NCBI GenBank assembly: GCA_903813345.2
Contig: CAIIXF020000001.1
Span: forward strand, 25,234,001-25,298,000
Reading direction: 5' to 3'
DNA length: 64,000 nt
Source of the DNA: Owenia fusiformis
Lineage: Eukaryota
A program made the translations under genes and the position numbers. Numbering within the stretch: position 1 is the stretch's first letter; each line of letters starts with the position of its first letter. Positions 1-13,507 of this stretch are shown here, piece by piece. A model generated the notes under the pieces. That model saw nothing but the letters and a program-made list of their open reading frames with translations, was not told where the DNA came from and ran no database searches.

Positions 1-1006
1 CACTTAAAAGATTAATGCAAGCAAAACACTATAATACCATTTTATCGGACTGGATTTAAAACACTTTTTTCATAACAACTTTATAATCTTGGCTAATGCT
101 CAAAGTGAGTCTGCAACCATATATCAAAATGTGGCACTCCACTTCATTGGAATGTTTTCAATTGCTTCTACTACAAAGAAAGAGGCAATCTTGAATACAT
201 ATGGACAATTGCAATCAACAGATGCAGTTAGCGCGCAACATGTACATGTGAAAGTGATTTACAGTATATTTATTAACACCAATGCTGTTATTCAACGTTA
301 TCTGTTTTCCTCACGTTACAATAAAACCCGTCTTTGGAAATTGCTCTTTCCAGTGATAAATATTTCTAGTAACATACTTAATTGACTTCTGTAAAACAAA
401 CTCGTTTGTGACTTACCTACAGTTAACCCTTTTGGTCCTATTTTTCTCCATATATAATCACACTCAGGTTTTACCTATGTACTTACAGTCTCTCCGAGAC
501 ACTGGAAATGTGTACAGTTTACACTGATATCATCCCAATATGATAGAATTCGGGTTTTATTAAGAAATCGGTTATATGCAATGAAGATAGACTTCATTTA
601 GTTATTAATTGAAATGAAATATTTCAAAGTTCAAGAGTACACGAGTTTGCGTACGCGTTTTCAGATGCGTCATTCTCTAAAACAAAGAGTAAATTGGATA
701 CTCTTTTGATCTAAAAGTAGAAACTCACTCAATGCTCGTTGGATTGTAAATGCCATGGATAAAGTAAAGAAGGTGGAAAAATCACAAACTATTGTTTTCG
801 TATAGCACCGTCTGCTCAGAATGGAGATGGACACATTAGAAAGGTTACGCACGTTTTAGCCCCACGTATCTAAAATCCGTAACGCTCACCAGATTTATGC
901 GTAATAGTTCAATTGAAACGAGATGCGGTTACGGATACGTTCTAGCTATACCCTGTTGTGCGAATCCTCTCTACTAAAACAAAATTGCCGTACTGTTCTA
1001 ACCCCC

Positions 1007-1802
1007 CTATCACACCAAACTAGTTCTTACCCGTTCTTGCCAGTCCTACGAAAACGTCGTAAAACGGGCTCAATCTGGCTGTGGTCGGGAAATATATGTC
1101 TAAAATAATTAGCTACTTCGTCCATAAACAGTTTTCAATACGTCCATGTCATTCGCAGTTCGTTCAGGTCGCACCACGTCGGTGTGCAACGTCGTATAAC
1201 GCGTCCCTAAGTCTAGAAGGTCATCAATCATGACCTGATTACAGAACGGTATGGTCGCCATCGAATTTTGAATCCTTTCAAAATTCTAAAATCACCTTCC
1301 CGTCTGAGAAAGTTCATGAAGTTCGTAAATAGACCTTAGAAAGTTGCAGCTACATTCATTCCGTTCGCACACAGTTTAAAACCAGTTTTGAAGAACGCAG
1401 TGGCAACTTGTTTGGTGTGATAGCTATATTTTTGCTAACTCGTTCATAAGCAGTCTTTTAACGTTTTAGTCAGTTTAAGCCCGTTTTCAATTAGTTCTAC
1501 CTCGTTCTCAATACGTCCTCAGACAGTTCAACTCGTTGTAAAAACGTCCGGATTGAAGTAAGACGGTTCCGTTCGTAGTACGTCCAGCTCGTCGTTAGTA
1601 CGTTGTCACTCGTTCTAATTGTAGAACGTGACGACCGTGAGAACATTTTGAGCATGTTCCAAGTTCCAGAGGACCTACCCGTTCGAGTACGTTCGATGAA
1701 GTTTGTAAAATAGACCCCAAACGGTTCTAAGTACTCCAGTCCGTTCGTACACAGTTGAAACCCGTTTTCGAGAACGTAGTGAGAACTAGTTTGGTGTGAT
1801 AG
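1007..1802. mobile_element. Putative non-autonomous DNA element with 21-bp inverted ends
   Basis: CTATCACACCAAACTAGTTCT at 1007 and its reverse complement ending at 1802, with a third copy of the end motif near 1405-1423. The interior is CGT-rich. No TSD found. Confidence 0.5.
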
Positions 1803-4717
1803 TTCATAAACAGAACTAGCATCATAATTAAAATATTTCATCCCGACCACATCCCGTTAAACGAATTTGTGTCTGAAAATTCGTTCTGAGGGTTACGGCA
1901 CATTACCCTGCGTGCAGAGTCTAGTTAAACTACGAAGCTCTCTTTTAAGAAGTGAAGTCAAACGAATGCAAAGGGTACGGCACATGGGCCTCTCAGTTCG
2001 CTAGCGATTTCATTAGCGAATTCTGTTGCACGTTGCATTAGAGGAGTTTCTAAATGATTTTGAAATCTCGCTAATTCTCGTTTTTTCATGAGATTTTAAG
2101 AGATTTGCACATTTTACCTCTAATGACTTACTTTTCTTTCTTTTTAATAGCATATTTGATTCAGCTTTATTTAGCTATTTAGAAACTATACTATTAGCTG
2201 TTCTATCCGTAAAAAATATAGTCTTGCGAATAGAGAGCGCAAAGTTTGATGACGTATTACACAACAGCTATACGTAAATTATAAGGAATCTTATAAGTGC
2301 GCCAATTACGTAAATAACGAAAGTTCTATATTATCAATTTGAGAAACATTCAATGTCCATGCTTTCCCATTTAAAAGCCTATTTGGCCATATTTCTTCTA
2401 CCCCGATCTTTCAAAATATAACACACCTTGACAATTGACACCAGCAGTTTCAACATGTCCTTCAGATAAAAGGATCACTACCTATCTGCAAGATCGTTTG
2501 AAAGTTACAACATCAGCAACAAATTGCCTCATTTATAATCGTCAAACTGCCAGCCTGATGTATGGCTGACACAGTAATGTAAATACAACATACCTCGCTG
2601 AACCAATTGGTTAATTTTTATATTCATTACCTTCAGTCATTTTTATCTGGAAACCAGAGGGAGAAGGTTTCTTATCATAAACAATACCAGAAATAAAGAA
2701 ACCATATGCTATTGCAATCCTAAACTTTTCAACTAAATAAGAACTAACCAAACTAATGTGCCAGACCATTGACCGATATTTATCATTTTCAAGCTGATGA
2801 TTAAAAACATCCAGGCTATCGTGGAGGAAATACGAAATACGTGGACGAATTACGTCTTGTAATGAACACCAGGTTATCAATTCGGGTCATTGATCATAAT
2901 GAATCTGAAAATAAAATGGTTCTGATCATTATCACGAAGGACCATTTCATGCAATACGTAGTTTGGTAATGAGTACCGCTTAGATTATCATATCGGACCA
3001 TTGATATGTCGTAATGATGAAACATTGTATGTTGAATTGATTAAATTGTGTTTGGCGATGGCACGTTATACGCCTAGTATATATACATTATCATATTGAA
3101 CCAGTGAACCCCATGAGTTTGGTAACGAAATCTATATGTAATGTATCATGCACAACGAATGCACGTTATACGTCGTGTAATGAGTACTATAGATGATCAT
3201 ATCGGACCATAACTCGTAATGCGTCTGAATTTGAACAATGGAGACATAAGCTGACATATAGAATCGAAACGCCAACCTGTACGTATGAGATCACCCTATA
3301 CAAATGCAAGCAATTTTTATTTTATTTTATTTTTCACTAAAATCAATGTAACATATTTACAGGTTGTAGTGCCCCAAGAGGGAGTATTAGGTGCCACATT
3401 ATGGTATTTACAATGTATTATAAGAAGTGTTCATGTAGTTGTGTAAACATAAGTGTCTCACAAGTCGGCACCGGCTGGTGATGTTACAAAATGTTGCAAC
3501 TGGCCATATTTCCCTTATTACTTGCAGGAATTAATTTTTATTTTCACATGTTGTAGAGGAAGGTCTAAATTTTTTGTTCGTACCATACATTTTTCTTAGT
3601 CTTGAAAGCAGAAATTATAAGCCCTAACCAAACATTACTGAAAATGGACAGAATGTGATTTTCAATATCCGCGATTCTTCAACCCTTCAACACATTTCCC
3701 CTGAGAATTTTCTAAGCTGCAGTTTTAAAGAAGTAATATTATCTGACTTTGTTCAATTTTAAGTCTTGCACTTTATGGCTTAAAACTAGCATCCTACATT
3801 TGTTAGTTGCAAAGTTATTGTAATCCAAAGAAATGTGCTAAGCTTCCACAGATGAAAACATTTTCCAGTGAAATCATGAACATACCCCTATATGATCTTG
3901 AAATGTCAGTATCTTCATAAATCATGGACCAATTCTAATGATATATGGCTCAAAACATTGAATATTGGATTTTCTTTTGATTTTTTAAAAATATTTGATG
4001 AAGAGGTTATCAGATTCCTGGTCACATGGGGCAACTTCCTTCCATAAGAGGCCCCCCTCTAACAGTTGGTGTAGGTAACATACCCTGAACTGTTGAACAG
4101 TTAAAAATGCTTCAAAATGATCAATGAAAGTGTGAAATGTGTTATATGCTTGAATAGTGTCCCTTTTGTCATATGGTAGGGTTTTAAACTTGTATCTCTA
4201 ACTGAAAGCTGTTTAAGATCATCCAATGTGTTTCAACAATTTCCGTGAATCACATTTGTAAAATTGTGTACAATATCTAATTTCCAGGCATGTTTGTTAA
4301 ACGCCTGTAATTTCTTCAAAATTTAGGACTGAGAATAAATTATGGCATCAACCAAAATTTTAGACCTTTCTCTACAACCTGGATAATATGAGCCAATTCA
4401 TGCATGTATTAAGAAAAATGTAGCCTGTTGCAGGGGTTCACTTTTTTGGACCACCCTGTATATTGTATTGTAATATCAGTGACACAAAAATAAACTATTT
4501 TAAACTAAAACTAAAAAACTTTAAAGTATGATATTGCACATAATTGAGAAAATAAACTGATTTAATGGAATTGATTAGATACAATAGCAGGTACAAGCAA
4601 TAAAAATGTGTACGTAGAGTAAGAAAATATACAATTTCAATATTACATTATTAAATAGTATGACATGATAACATCTGATGAGATTGTACAGTAGTTCAAG
4701 GAACTACTCCTCCAAGT

Positions 4718-5225
4718 CACACCGGAATAGCCTGACAACGGTAAAGTCAGATACCGTTGTCACAAATGGCGGACATAACCGTCGCTTCAATTAAGTTTTC
4801 ATGAACTGTATGTTTAATAGACACCTGGACTAAATTCCTTTATTACAACAATCAATCAATACTTAATACTCATTGTACAGTTTATAGTTCTACCATCGAA
4901 GTCTTTATTTAACCGATCAAAATGAGATACGGGACAACGGACACTGTAATTACCATATGCCGCTGTCTTTCTAAATTACTCAAATTCAGATTCGTTGTCA
5001 TTGACGATATCGAAGGCGCTATATTGTGGCGATTCACGACCCAATTTGATCGAAATTGGGATTTCATATGAAACATCATCACAAGAGCTTAATACATGCA
5101 CACAATAAGTGACTATAAAATCCCATAAAATGAGGACCAAGTGATTAAAGAGTTGAAGCGACGGTTATGTCCGCCATTTGTGACAACGGTATCTGACTTT
5201 ACCGTTGTCAGGCTATTCCGGTGTG
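4718..5225. mobile_element. MITE with 73-bp perfect TIRs (CAC...GTG ends)
   Basis: 4718-4790 is the exact reverse complement of 5153-5225. Each arm contains the inverted pair TGACAACGGTA / TACCGTTGTCA. No clear TSD. Confidence 0.8.
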
Positions 5226-8200
5226 TGAGATGTCATTTCAAACAATACATCTTGACTACATACGTATGAGTACTCCTCACACAGTTGGGGAGATGTGGTG
5301 TGGGGGGGGGGGGCAATGGCCTGTAGCTAGATTAATGGGAGTATGTAGTTTATTTTGTAGGACAATTGCATAATGAGAACAATTTTGTTTTGATTATCAT
5401 GTCGAAGCCTTGACCGTCTTACGTCTCACTTTCCAAAAAATTCTAGGGGACGAGGCACCTCTTAGGTGAGACTTAATAAAATCACACTATTAAGAATAAT
5501 GCATGGCATAACACAGCGGAATGTTGCACGATGGCATAAAGATCAAGGGCATAACACAACTGCCACAACATTTCGAAAATGCAGTAAATGTCAGAATGTG
5601 TTAATTAGGATGTAAACATCGACGATTTGTGTAGTTCTTGCATTGATTCCGAGTACAGTTTCAAAGCTACATAGTGGATTATGCATTCAGCAGCAATCGA
5701 AGTGAGACGTTAGAAAACTCAAGCTCTTCGAATAACAGAATCCAATTAACAAAAATATATTTTCATTAGTGTTGAGACGTACTAGAGTTTAGCATGGGCG
5801 GTGTTTCCATATGGAATAAATAGAGATTATCCTATATGAGGTTCAGGATATTGGGATTATCCCGAGGCCAATATAATATATCCCGCCCGAGGGCCGTAGG
5901 CCATACCAATCTTGGTCATCTGGTTCACATTGTTCAATGGTTGTTCAGTTGGCCACACTTCACTAAAATTTCAAACCAACAGTGGAAATATTTTAGAATA
6001 TTCATGCCCAGTTTTGTTTTCTTGGCCGCGGCTGGATTTTCCTGTTCTTTCAAATATTCATCCACATTTATTTTCTCGAATCTTTGATTATTAACAGGAT
6101 GCTTCTGCCCTTCCTTAAACTCCGTTTAAACTATCAAACAGATCGCGATTGTCTGCTTTTTTCTTCATTGTCGTTTACAGATATAATGCGAACGTTACAA
6201 AAATGAACCGAATATGCGAACGGCGACTATGACGTAGCTTTATTTAGTTAATTAATGCAACTACCGGAAACAAAGGTGAATTACATAGAAATGAGCTTAC
6301 ATCTTGTAGAGAAATATAAAATAAACACAAAAACTAGAACGAGGCCGATAGGTGCTCCACCTATCGGCTGAACTCAAAACTACATTTCTGCATTGATCTA
6401 CACTATTACAATGTGGTCTACCAACTTCAAGGGTCTCTAAGAACAAAACATTCTTCACATATGCTACCCTACGGTACTATTTAGCCATACGGTGCTAATT
6501 AGCCATACAGTACTAATAAGCCAACCTGCAATTTGTATCTAACTGAGTAATTTGAAATCATTCTTTAATTTTGGGCGTCGCTTTAAACACACCTTGATAT
6601 ACGAATCTAATTATGACCCACTATCCTCTCCAGCGTCTAAAATACAGGAATCTTTATCCACTCTATAATTTTAATTTCGATATATCACATTTCGACATGT
6701 CTTTAAACCATTCAAGAAATTATTTCGTATCTGACCTTGTAATTATGTACCGTGATAAACACATACAACGTATGCACATCAGTTATGTATCATTACAAGT
6801 ACTGAGAGCGGAGGAAGAGGAAGTCGGTCCTGTGGATTTTATCATTGACATACTGTGTCGTTTAAGCGCAATATCATATTTCAAACTTCATCTTCTAATT
6901 CTGTGGCGGAGCAATTGGATTATATAATTGAATTACATAAATGAATTTAGAAAATGTGATATCAAAATGTAATTATATAATATTATTATATAATGTCTTT
7001 GTATGAAATTAATATATCGGCTTTAACACTGACTTTAACACTGACTTTTTTACTTTGACAGCGAGATCGAAGACAGATGAGAATATCAGGATCATTCATA
7101 CATTAATTAGTATATTTAATATATTGAATCTTAAAATGATGATTTAAGTATAAATCTAATTTCGTCACAACACGGAAACGGCAGCATATTCTTATTTGTA
7201 GTCCTTGAATCATTCAAATGTATCGAGTCCTCAAGTTATTGTTCATTTGTATATTACTTTAGAACATTCAAATGGTTCTTACCTTATTTCATTGAAATAA
7301 GTTCAAGTAACTGTTTGTCATGTCTACCACAGAAGAGATACCAGTATACATTTCGCCTTTGAGTGATTGTTTACTTCCACCCTGATATTCAATATTTATA
7401 AATCATATGACACACGCACAGTTGTTATGGCATAATTATATGAAACATACCTTTATGCGTACATTTGCAGAATATCAGCCCATATCCCCGTCCTAATCGA
7501 TTGTTATAAATATTTGTAATTTAGCTAAGTGGAATTTTATTTCAAAATGGCCTCCATTTTTCTGCTGAGTGAGCTGTATAAATTGCGGATCTGTTGAGTT
7601 TGATGTTCTTTCCGAAAAGAAATTTTGAAATATCTTAATTCAAACAAGCAACGCTTCAATTTAAATATAATTATTATTCTTATAAATATTTATAAAAATT
7701 ATTAAATAGGAGTTCTAGGTGTGTGTGACACTTTTTCTAGATTACATACAAAATCAATGAAGTTACATCTCGCTGTAAGAGACTGATTAACCATTATATA
7801 CCTTTTAGCCTAACTTCAATTTCAATACAAAAATAAATAATGGAATTTTTCAACATTGATTATTTACGTTTCGAGACTAAACCCATTCAGTGTCCTTGAA
7901 ATCTAAACCTGTTTTAAGAAACGGGATGCCCCTAAGTTTATTTTTCAAACAATGTGTTAATATGTGTCAGAAAGTTACGAACTGATGACCTACCTGTATA
8001 TTTTACCTAGACTGACGTCTCAACTCGTTGTAGAAAAATTGCCTGCTAGATAAAGATGTTAACAAAACTTACCATATGGTCTCTGTTGATGGGTCACAGT
8101 GATTTTTGATGTTGCTGGATGCAATCTTAAAGTACGAGAATCAAATCCTAATTATCACAGGTAGATCACTGGTTAGACATATTTTGAAAACTTTCCTTTG

Positions 8201-8499
8201 AAATACCGTCTTTGTTAAAGAATCGATCTCAAATGAATACTTTCTTCATTTCAGGCCCAACAAGCCACAGTACTGTTTTATTTCGTCAGTGAAAATAAAA
8301 TCAGAAAAACTTGAGTTTTGATTTAGCATGAATGCTCTAAATCACCCATGTACCTGAACCTACTGCTAATTCGTGCATTTCCTTTCTACAAGTTAACAGT
8401 GTACGCTGCTATCAAAGGTGGTACTTTCTGGCATTGCAAACTACTTACTGGGTTTGTTACAAAATATTTAAAAATCGTACATACTTAACCTAACTTAAG

Positions 8500-8850
8500 T
8501 ACTTGAAACAGTTATAAAAATAGACTTGTTCTGGAAAAGAAAATGATTGCAAAATATCATTTTCCTTAAATCATACCTATACTACGCTATTTGATTCGGC
8601 CTTATTTTGTCTGGTAATCTATAGAATGAAACCAATATATATCGACGATTCTGCCAAATAAAAATCAATTATATTAATTAACCATCTAGACGATGATCAC
8701 CTAAGACTACTTTTACAAATATTCATTCATTCTCATTCTTTATTGTTTTTTCTTAATGTTACCGTAACAATAACACGGGCTTAAAAGCTCCATCAAATCT
8801 AATTTGTTTTAGCTATGTGGCAAACGGCATTCGTTTTAATTCCTAACCTC
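8500..8850 (+). repeat. Dispersed repeat of about 330 bp, copy 1 (copy 2 at about 11420-11750)
   Basis: Collinear blocks TTGCAAAATATCATTT, CCTTAAATCATAC, GACGATTCTGCC and AACCATCTAGACGATGA are present at both loci. Confidence 0.75.
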
Positions 8851-8993
8851 CAAAGATAACGTGCCTATAGACACGTACAATCCATTCCATGCCTCCTAAT
8901 AGGTGGAAGCAGAGCAACATCTCGAAGTTAAAGTTATGTCTTAAATATTCAATATATTTTTGTCTTATATCATTTCCTGTAATGCCTACCATA

Positions 8994-9222
8994 CAGGGTG
9001 TCCCGAAGGTATGGGCCCCCCTAGGCAGACATATACTGTCTCCATAGAAGATGTCGTATATTATTTTAAAGCTCATCCAACGTTACATTGATTTGCCAAG
9101 TATCATGGTTGAACTCACAAATGGGAAAAAGTTACAGGCATTTCAAAAATGATATATGACACAAACTGTGGAGACATTGGTATATGTCTGCCTAGGGGTC
9201 CCCATACTTTCGGGACACCCTA
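8994..9222. mobile_element. Tc1/mariner-type MITE
   Basis: TA|CAGGGTGTCCCGAAGGTATGGG..CCCCTAGGCAGACATATAC is mirrored at 9180-9221. The right terminus is slightly decayed. Confidence 0.75.
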
Positions 9223-9264
9223 TCTCTAAAACTCAGATCTTAACATGTAGTATGGATTAATTTA

Positions 9265-9470
9265 CAGGCCCGTAGCCAGGATTTGCCAAGGGGGGTTCAG
9301 TTTTCAAAAAATTCCAGGGGGGTTCACATTTGACAATTTTGGCCCAAATATGACTAAAATCACTTGAGAAGTGCTCAAAATTTTGAAAAACTGCATGATT
9401 TTGAAAGAAATTTTGGCCAGGGGGGGGGGGGGTTCGCCCGAACCCTGCGAACCTCCTGGCTACGGGCCTG
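9265..9470. mobile_element. MITE with CAGGCCCGTAGCCAGGA TIRs and 5-bp TSD ATTTA
   Basis: 17-bp TIRs at 9265 and 9470 with ATTTA on both flanks. Related partial copies at about 28520-28658 (minus) and 39240-39325. Confidence 0.8.
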
Positions 9471-10013
9471 ATTTAGGCTATACATTGTAATTGTGGGTAT
9501 CAACATTTTCAAATGTTTTAAAGATCTTAGACATTTCTACAATTATATGGTTATGACTGCACAATATGATAGAATATCAATTTGATAATGGTAAAAAACA
9601 ATTAATCAAGCTTTAAAAAATAGTTTTAAATATTTTTATATAGTTTTAGATGAGAAAGGTTTCCAACTGAGGGAAACAGGTATATTGTCTGTTCTTGATC
9701 CATGTATTGCAATACCTGTATATCTATATATGTAATACCTTGGTTGATCAAAATGGCAGATTCCAAGCATGCCAGTTTATAATTGCAATTGAAGATGACA
9801 CAATACAATAATAATGATACCTATATTCAAAGAGAAGAACGTCCTGCCTATATGCAAAACTGCTACACATTTTTCTTTAAATGCTAATAAATGGATTCAA
9901 CCCAGGAGAAAGTAAACACCTATTTTATTTGTGTTATTAGTGGGACCGTGGAATTTCTATATGCATTTCTATTCCCTTTTCATGTTTTATCTACACTGTT
10001 ATGTTACCGATAA

Positions 10014-10156
10014 TGCCTGGGTCATCACATATGCTCCGATCCATCGGCCGGCGACCGGCCGATTGGGTGTTTTGTTCAATATTGTATTCAATTTTGAACA
10101 AAATACTCAATCAGCCGGGCGCCGTAGTGAAAATCGGAGCAAATGTGACCGAGCCA
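10014..10156. mobile_element. PIF/Harbinger-like palindromic MITE, TSD TAA
   Basis: Near-palindromic 143 bp (GGTCA..ATGCTCCGAT / ATCGGAGCAAATGTGACC) flanked by TAA on both sides. Second copy at 15255-15393. Confidence 0.75.
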
Positions 10157-11419
10157 TAAATTATTAAAAAGGGTTACTAGATCAATTCAACCATTGCTAA
10201 AGGATTAGATAAATTATTCCGAATTCGCATAATTTTTGTTGTTGTTGATGTGACACAATTTGCACGTAAATATAAATTTTTGTATGTTTGAAGTTTTTCC
10301 ATGGTATCCAATACTCCATGTTGAAACTGTGTTTTGTAGACAAATATAGGTAATCGTTGATAATAAGTTAACTTATCGTAGAACCCGCGGCCGTCAGTGG
10401 TCAAGGTCCAAATTTAGGTCAAATATTTAAAAATGACAGAACATCATGTAAATCTATGCAAACGTTTACGTTCGCAGCCACATTGTATTTTGACTGTCAA
10501 TTTTCAATTATTTATGTACAAAAAAGTTCTTATTTGAAATACTGAGGCTCCTCCATTTGTTATTTATTGCCATTTTAAATATAAAAATATCATTTTAAAC
10601 CTTAATTACCATCACCATGATAACAAGTTGAAATGAGCTAAATAGGTCAGAAACTCTTCGGGTCATGGGCATCCGGCAAAATCTTGGTCAAATCTATTTT
10701 TCTCAGTTGCGTGGTATACTTCAATATAGTTGGATCATAATAACTTATATAAATACGTTTCTAACTTATTTTCAATGAATCTACGCAAAAAGGTATAATT
10801 AGAACAAGTGCTGCTTTCTTTAGAAGGGCAATGGTAAGATATGTGGAATCACGTTACATGATAATAAGCGCAATCCGGTTACACCTAGCCTAAACATCTG
10901 TGTTTAAAATGATTGTGTAAATACCCTTTAACCATCAGTACAAATTCATGACTTGGTCAGAAACCGTTTGGCATCTGATTTCAAAGTATCACGATTTTTC
11001 CTACTTGTCTGAGGGCGGGCTTGTGGCAGTTGCCAATTAATTACTTGTTGATTCGTTCATGCATTCCATATTTAAGGTTGATATACGCGAAAAAATATTT
11101 TACAATTCCAAGAATCGCAGAAGTGCCCCGCTGTCGTTTGAGTGACGTGATCTTGGATTCAAGGTGGGTAACTCCCACCGTATCTCCGCATGGCCACCAC
11201 CTTTATTAAGAATCCACTAGATCTAAAGTATTTGATTTAGTGAACAATCTTTCCAAACAAATGTTCTGTTTTTAGATTTTTCGGCTCATATCATTCCTTA
11301 TTCTATCTATTCTTTTAGTGTTGAACTCATACCTTTTTTCAAGTAAAACTAAATTGTAAAACGTATGTGGTACATTTTCTTTAAGTATAGATATAGATCA
11401 CTTGCCTAACAGCAACCGT

Positions 11420-11750
11420 TATATACAAGAAACCTAGAAATGAAAATAATTGCAAAATATCATTTTCCTTAAATCATACATATTCTAGGCTATTTGATTT
11501 GGCATTATTTTGTCTGGTTAACTATTAAATGAAATTAAGATATATTGACGATTCTGCCCAATTAACATCAATTGAATTAAATAACCATCTAGACGATGAC
11601 AACCTAGGACTATTTTTGCAAATATTCATTTATTCACATTCAATTGTTTTGTTTTAACGTAATAATAAGACGGGCTTAAAAGCATCATTAAATCTAATGT
11701 AATGAAGCTTTTAAGCATTCGATTTAATTCGTAACCTTCTAAGATCAAAT
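11420..11750 (+). repeat. Dispersed repeat of about 330 bp, copy 2
   Basis: Same blocks as 8500-8850, in the same orientation. Confidence 0.75.
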
Positions 11751-12441
11751 GCCTGGAGATATACGTACACACGGGCCAATTTAGCCTTAACTTGGGGATA
11801 ACAACATTTATTTTCGAAGAATTTGGACATCTCCGCAATTATACAATATAATAACCACTCACTGTGATAAGATCACAATTATGAACCTTATATTTGCATA
11901 TTTTAAGAAATTATTTATTGCTAGTATCAGAAAAACCAGTACCTTGAATAATATACACGATTGTTACTATCCATTCAATCGTTGAATTAGCAAGACGTAA
12001 CGCATAATAGCTTATGCTATAAGTCAATTATAAACGATTCAATAATCACATTATTTCAATACCATTTTGTATTTAGTTGTCCCTTTATGCCATAGAGACA
12101 TTTAAGTTGCCCCGCTTTGCCCCAGCAGACCATCAGTAATAATTAAATATCTTCAAAATATGCGTCATGAATTCTGTTTCGTCTATTTTAGGAAAAAATA
12201 AACATGGGGTGCTAAAAACAACATCCCATGTTTCGAATATGTTGGTATGATTAATCAAGATGGTCTAAAATTTAAATCTATCTCTAAGGTTGTCCCAGAG
12301 CGTTCCCGGGGCCTGTTACAAGTACGTCTCCAGATTGTGAACGACGCAGTAACCTATGATAACCTAATTGACAAACGCTTGAAACAAATCGACACTCCTT
12401 TGTTGCCCCGTGTACCGTTTTGCCCTGATCTCCCTTAAGTA

Positions 12442-13507
12442 CAGGGTGATCATTAAGTTCTGGGAATTGGTCTGCCATTTCAAGATTTCTCAACCATTTG
12501 AGTTGAAATTTTCAGCAGGTGTACATTGTATAATTCTGAATTGACAAGCAATGTTTCATATACATATCACATCTACAATTTATTTTATTGTAATTACAAA
12601 AAAAGTAAAAGTGGTTCGCGGGTCAGCAAATTTTGACTGATGTTAATTTGAAAATTTCCTGCCAAAGCATATTCATCTTGCCTAGATAGTTGCTTCAAAC
12701 TACTTGTACTAGAGGCAGAACAGTACTCTTGAAGTCATTTATTCAGAAGTATTCTTCATTGCTGAGAGGACCATTTCATTTATGATTGTTTCCATTAGCC
12801 TGGACGCATATGTGTTGTTGACAAACTTAGTCCATAAAGATGTGTTCCAGTCCTCCCTTTGGCATCCCTTGAAGATTTGCTCAAGCCGTTGAAATCAGTC
12901 CCTTATTGGAATCAAACTTATGACCTCTCATATGATGCTTTAGCACCCCAAAATGTAGTGAAGCCTAATGATGCTTCATCTGGGGAATATTGCCTGATGA
13001 ATATGGGGCAGTAATAACTTGTGTGAACCCCAATTCTTCAAGAGTAGTATGGGCAGCTTGAGTAATGGGAAGGAGCATAGTCATAATGGAAGATAACTTC
13101 CCGCTATTTTTGGTCATGATTGTTACTTTGAGATGCTGATGAATGATACAAAAGTAGAGCAAAGTACACTCTTATATAACTCTTATAATAAAGATGTTAC
13201 TTTAGAAACTTAAGTTAGAAGTATTTGAAAATATAAAAAATCACAGAAATGTGTCCACCAAATAGGTATTTATTAACCATACTTTTGGATCAAGCAAAAT
13301 TTGAATTCATTTTTATTTTACTTGACCCGCTACGCCATTTATCATGTTGCTATAGTAACAATAATTATCCATTGTGACATCAGATGACAATGAGACTGTT
13401 TTATCCAACCCAAAATTACATTCCCCATTTACCTTGAAAATTTCAAGTAAATTGGTTGAAAAATAATGAAATGACAGATAAATTCCCAGAACTTAGTGAT
13501 CACCCTG
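12442..13507 (-). mobile_element. Decayed mariner element
   Basis: TA|CAGGGTGATCATTAAGTTCTGGGAATT ... AATTCCCAGAACTTAGTGATCACCCTG|TA. Internal minus-strand remnant LEELGFTQVITAPYS resembles the mariner HPPYSPDL region; frames are disrupted. Confidence 0.8.
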
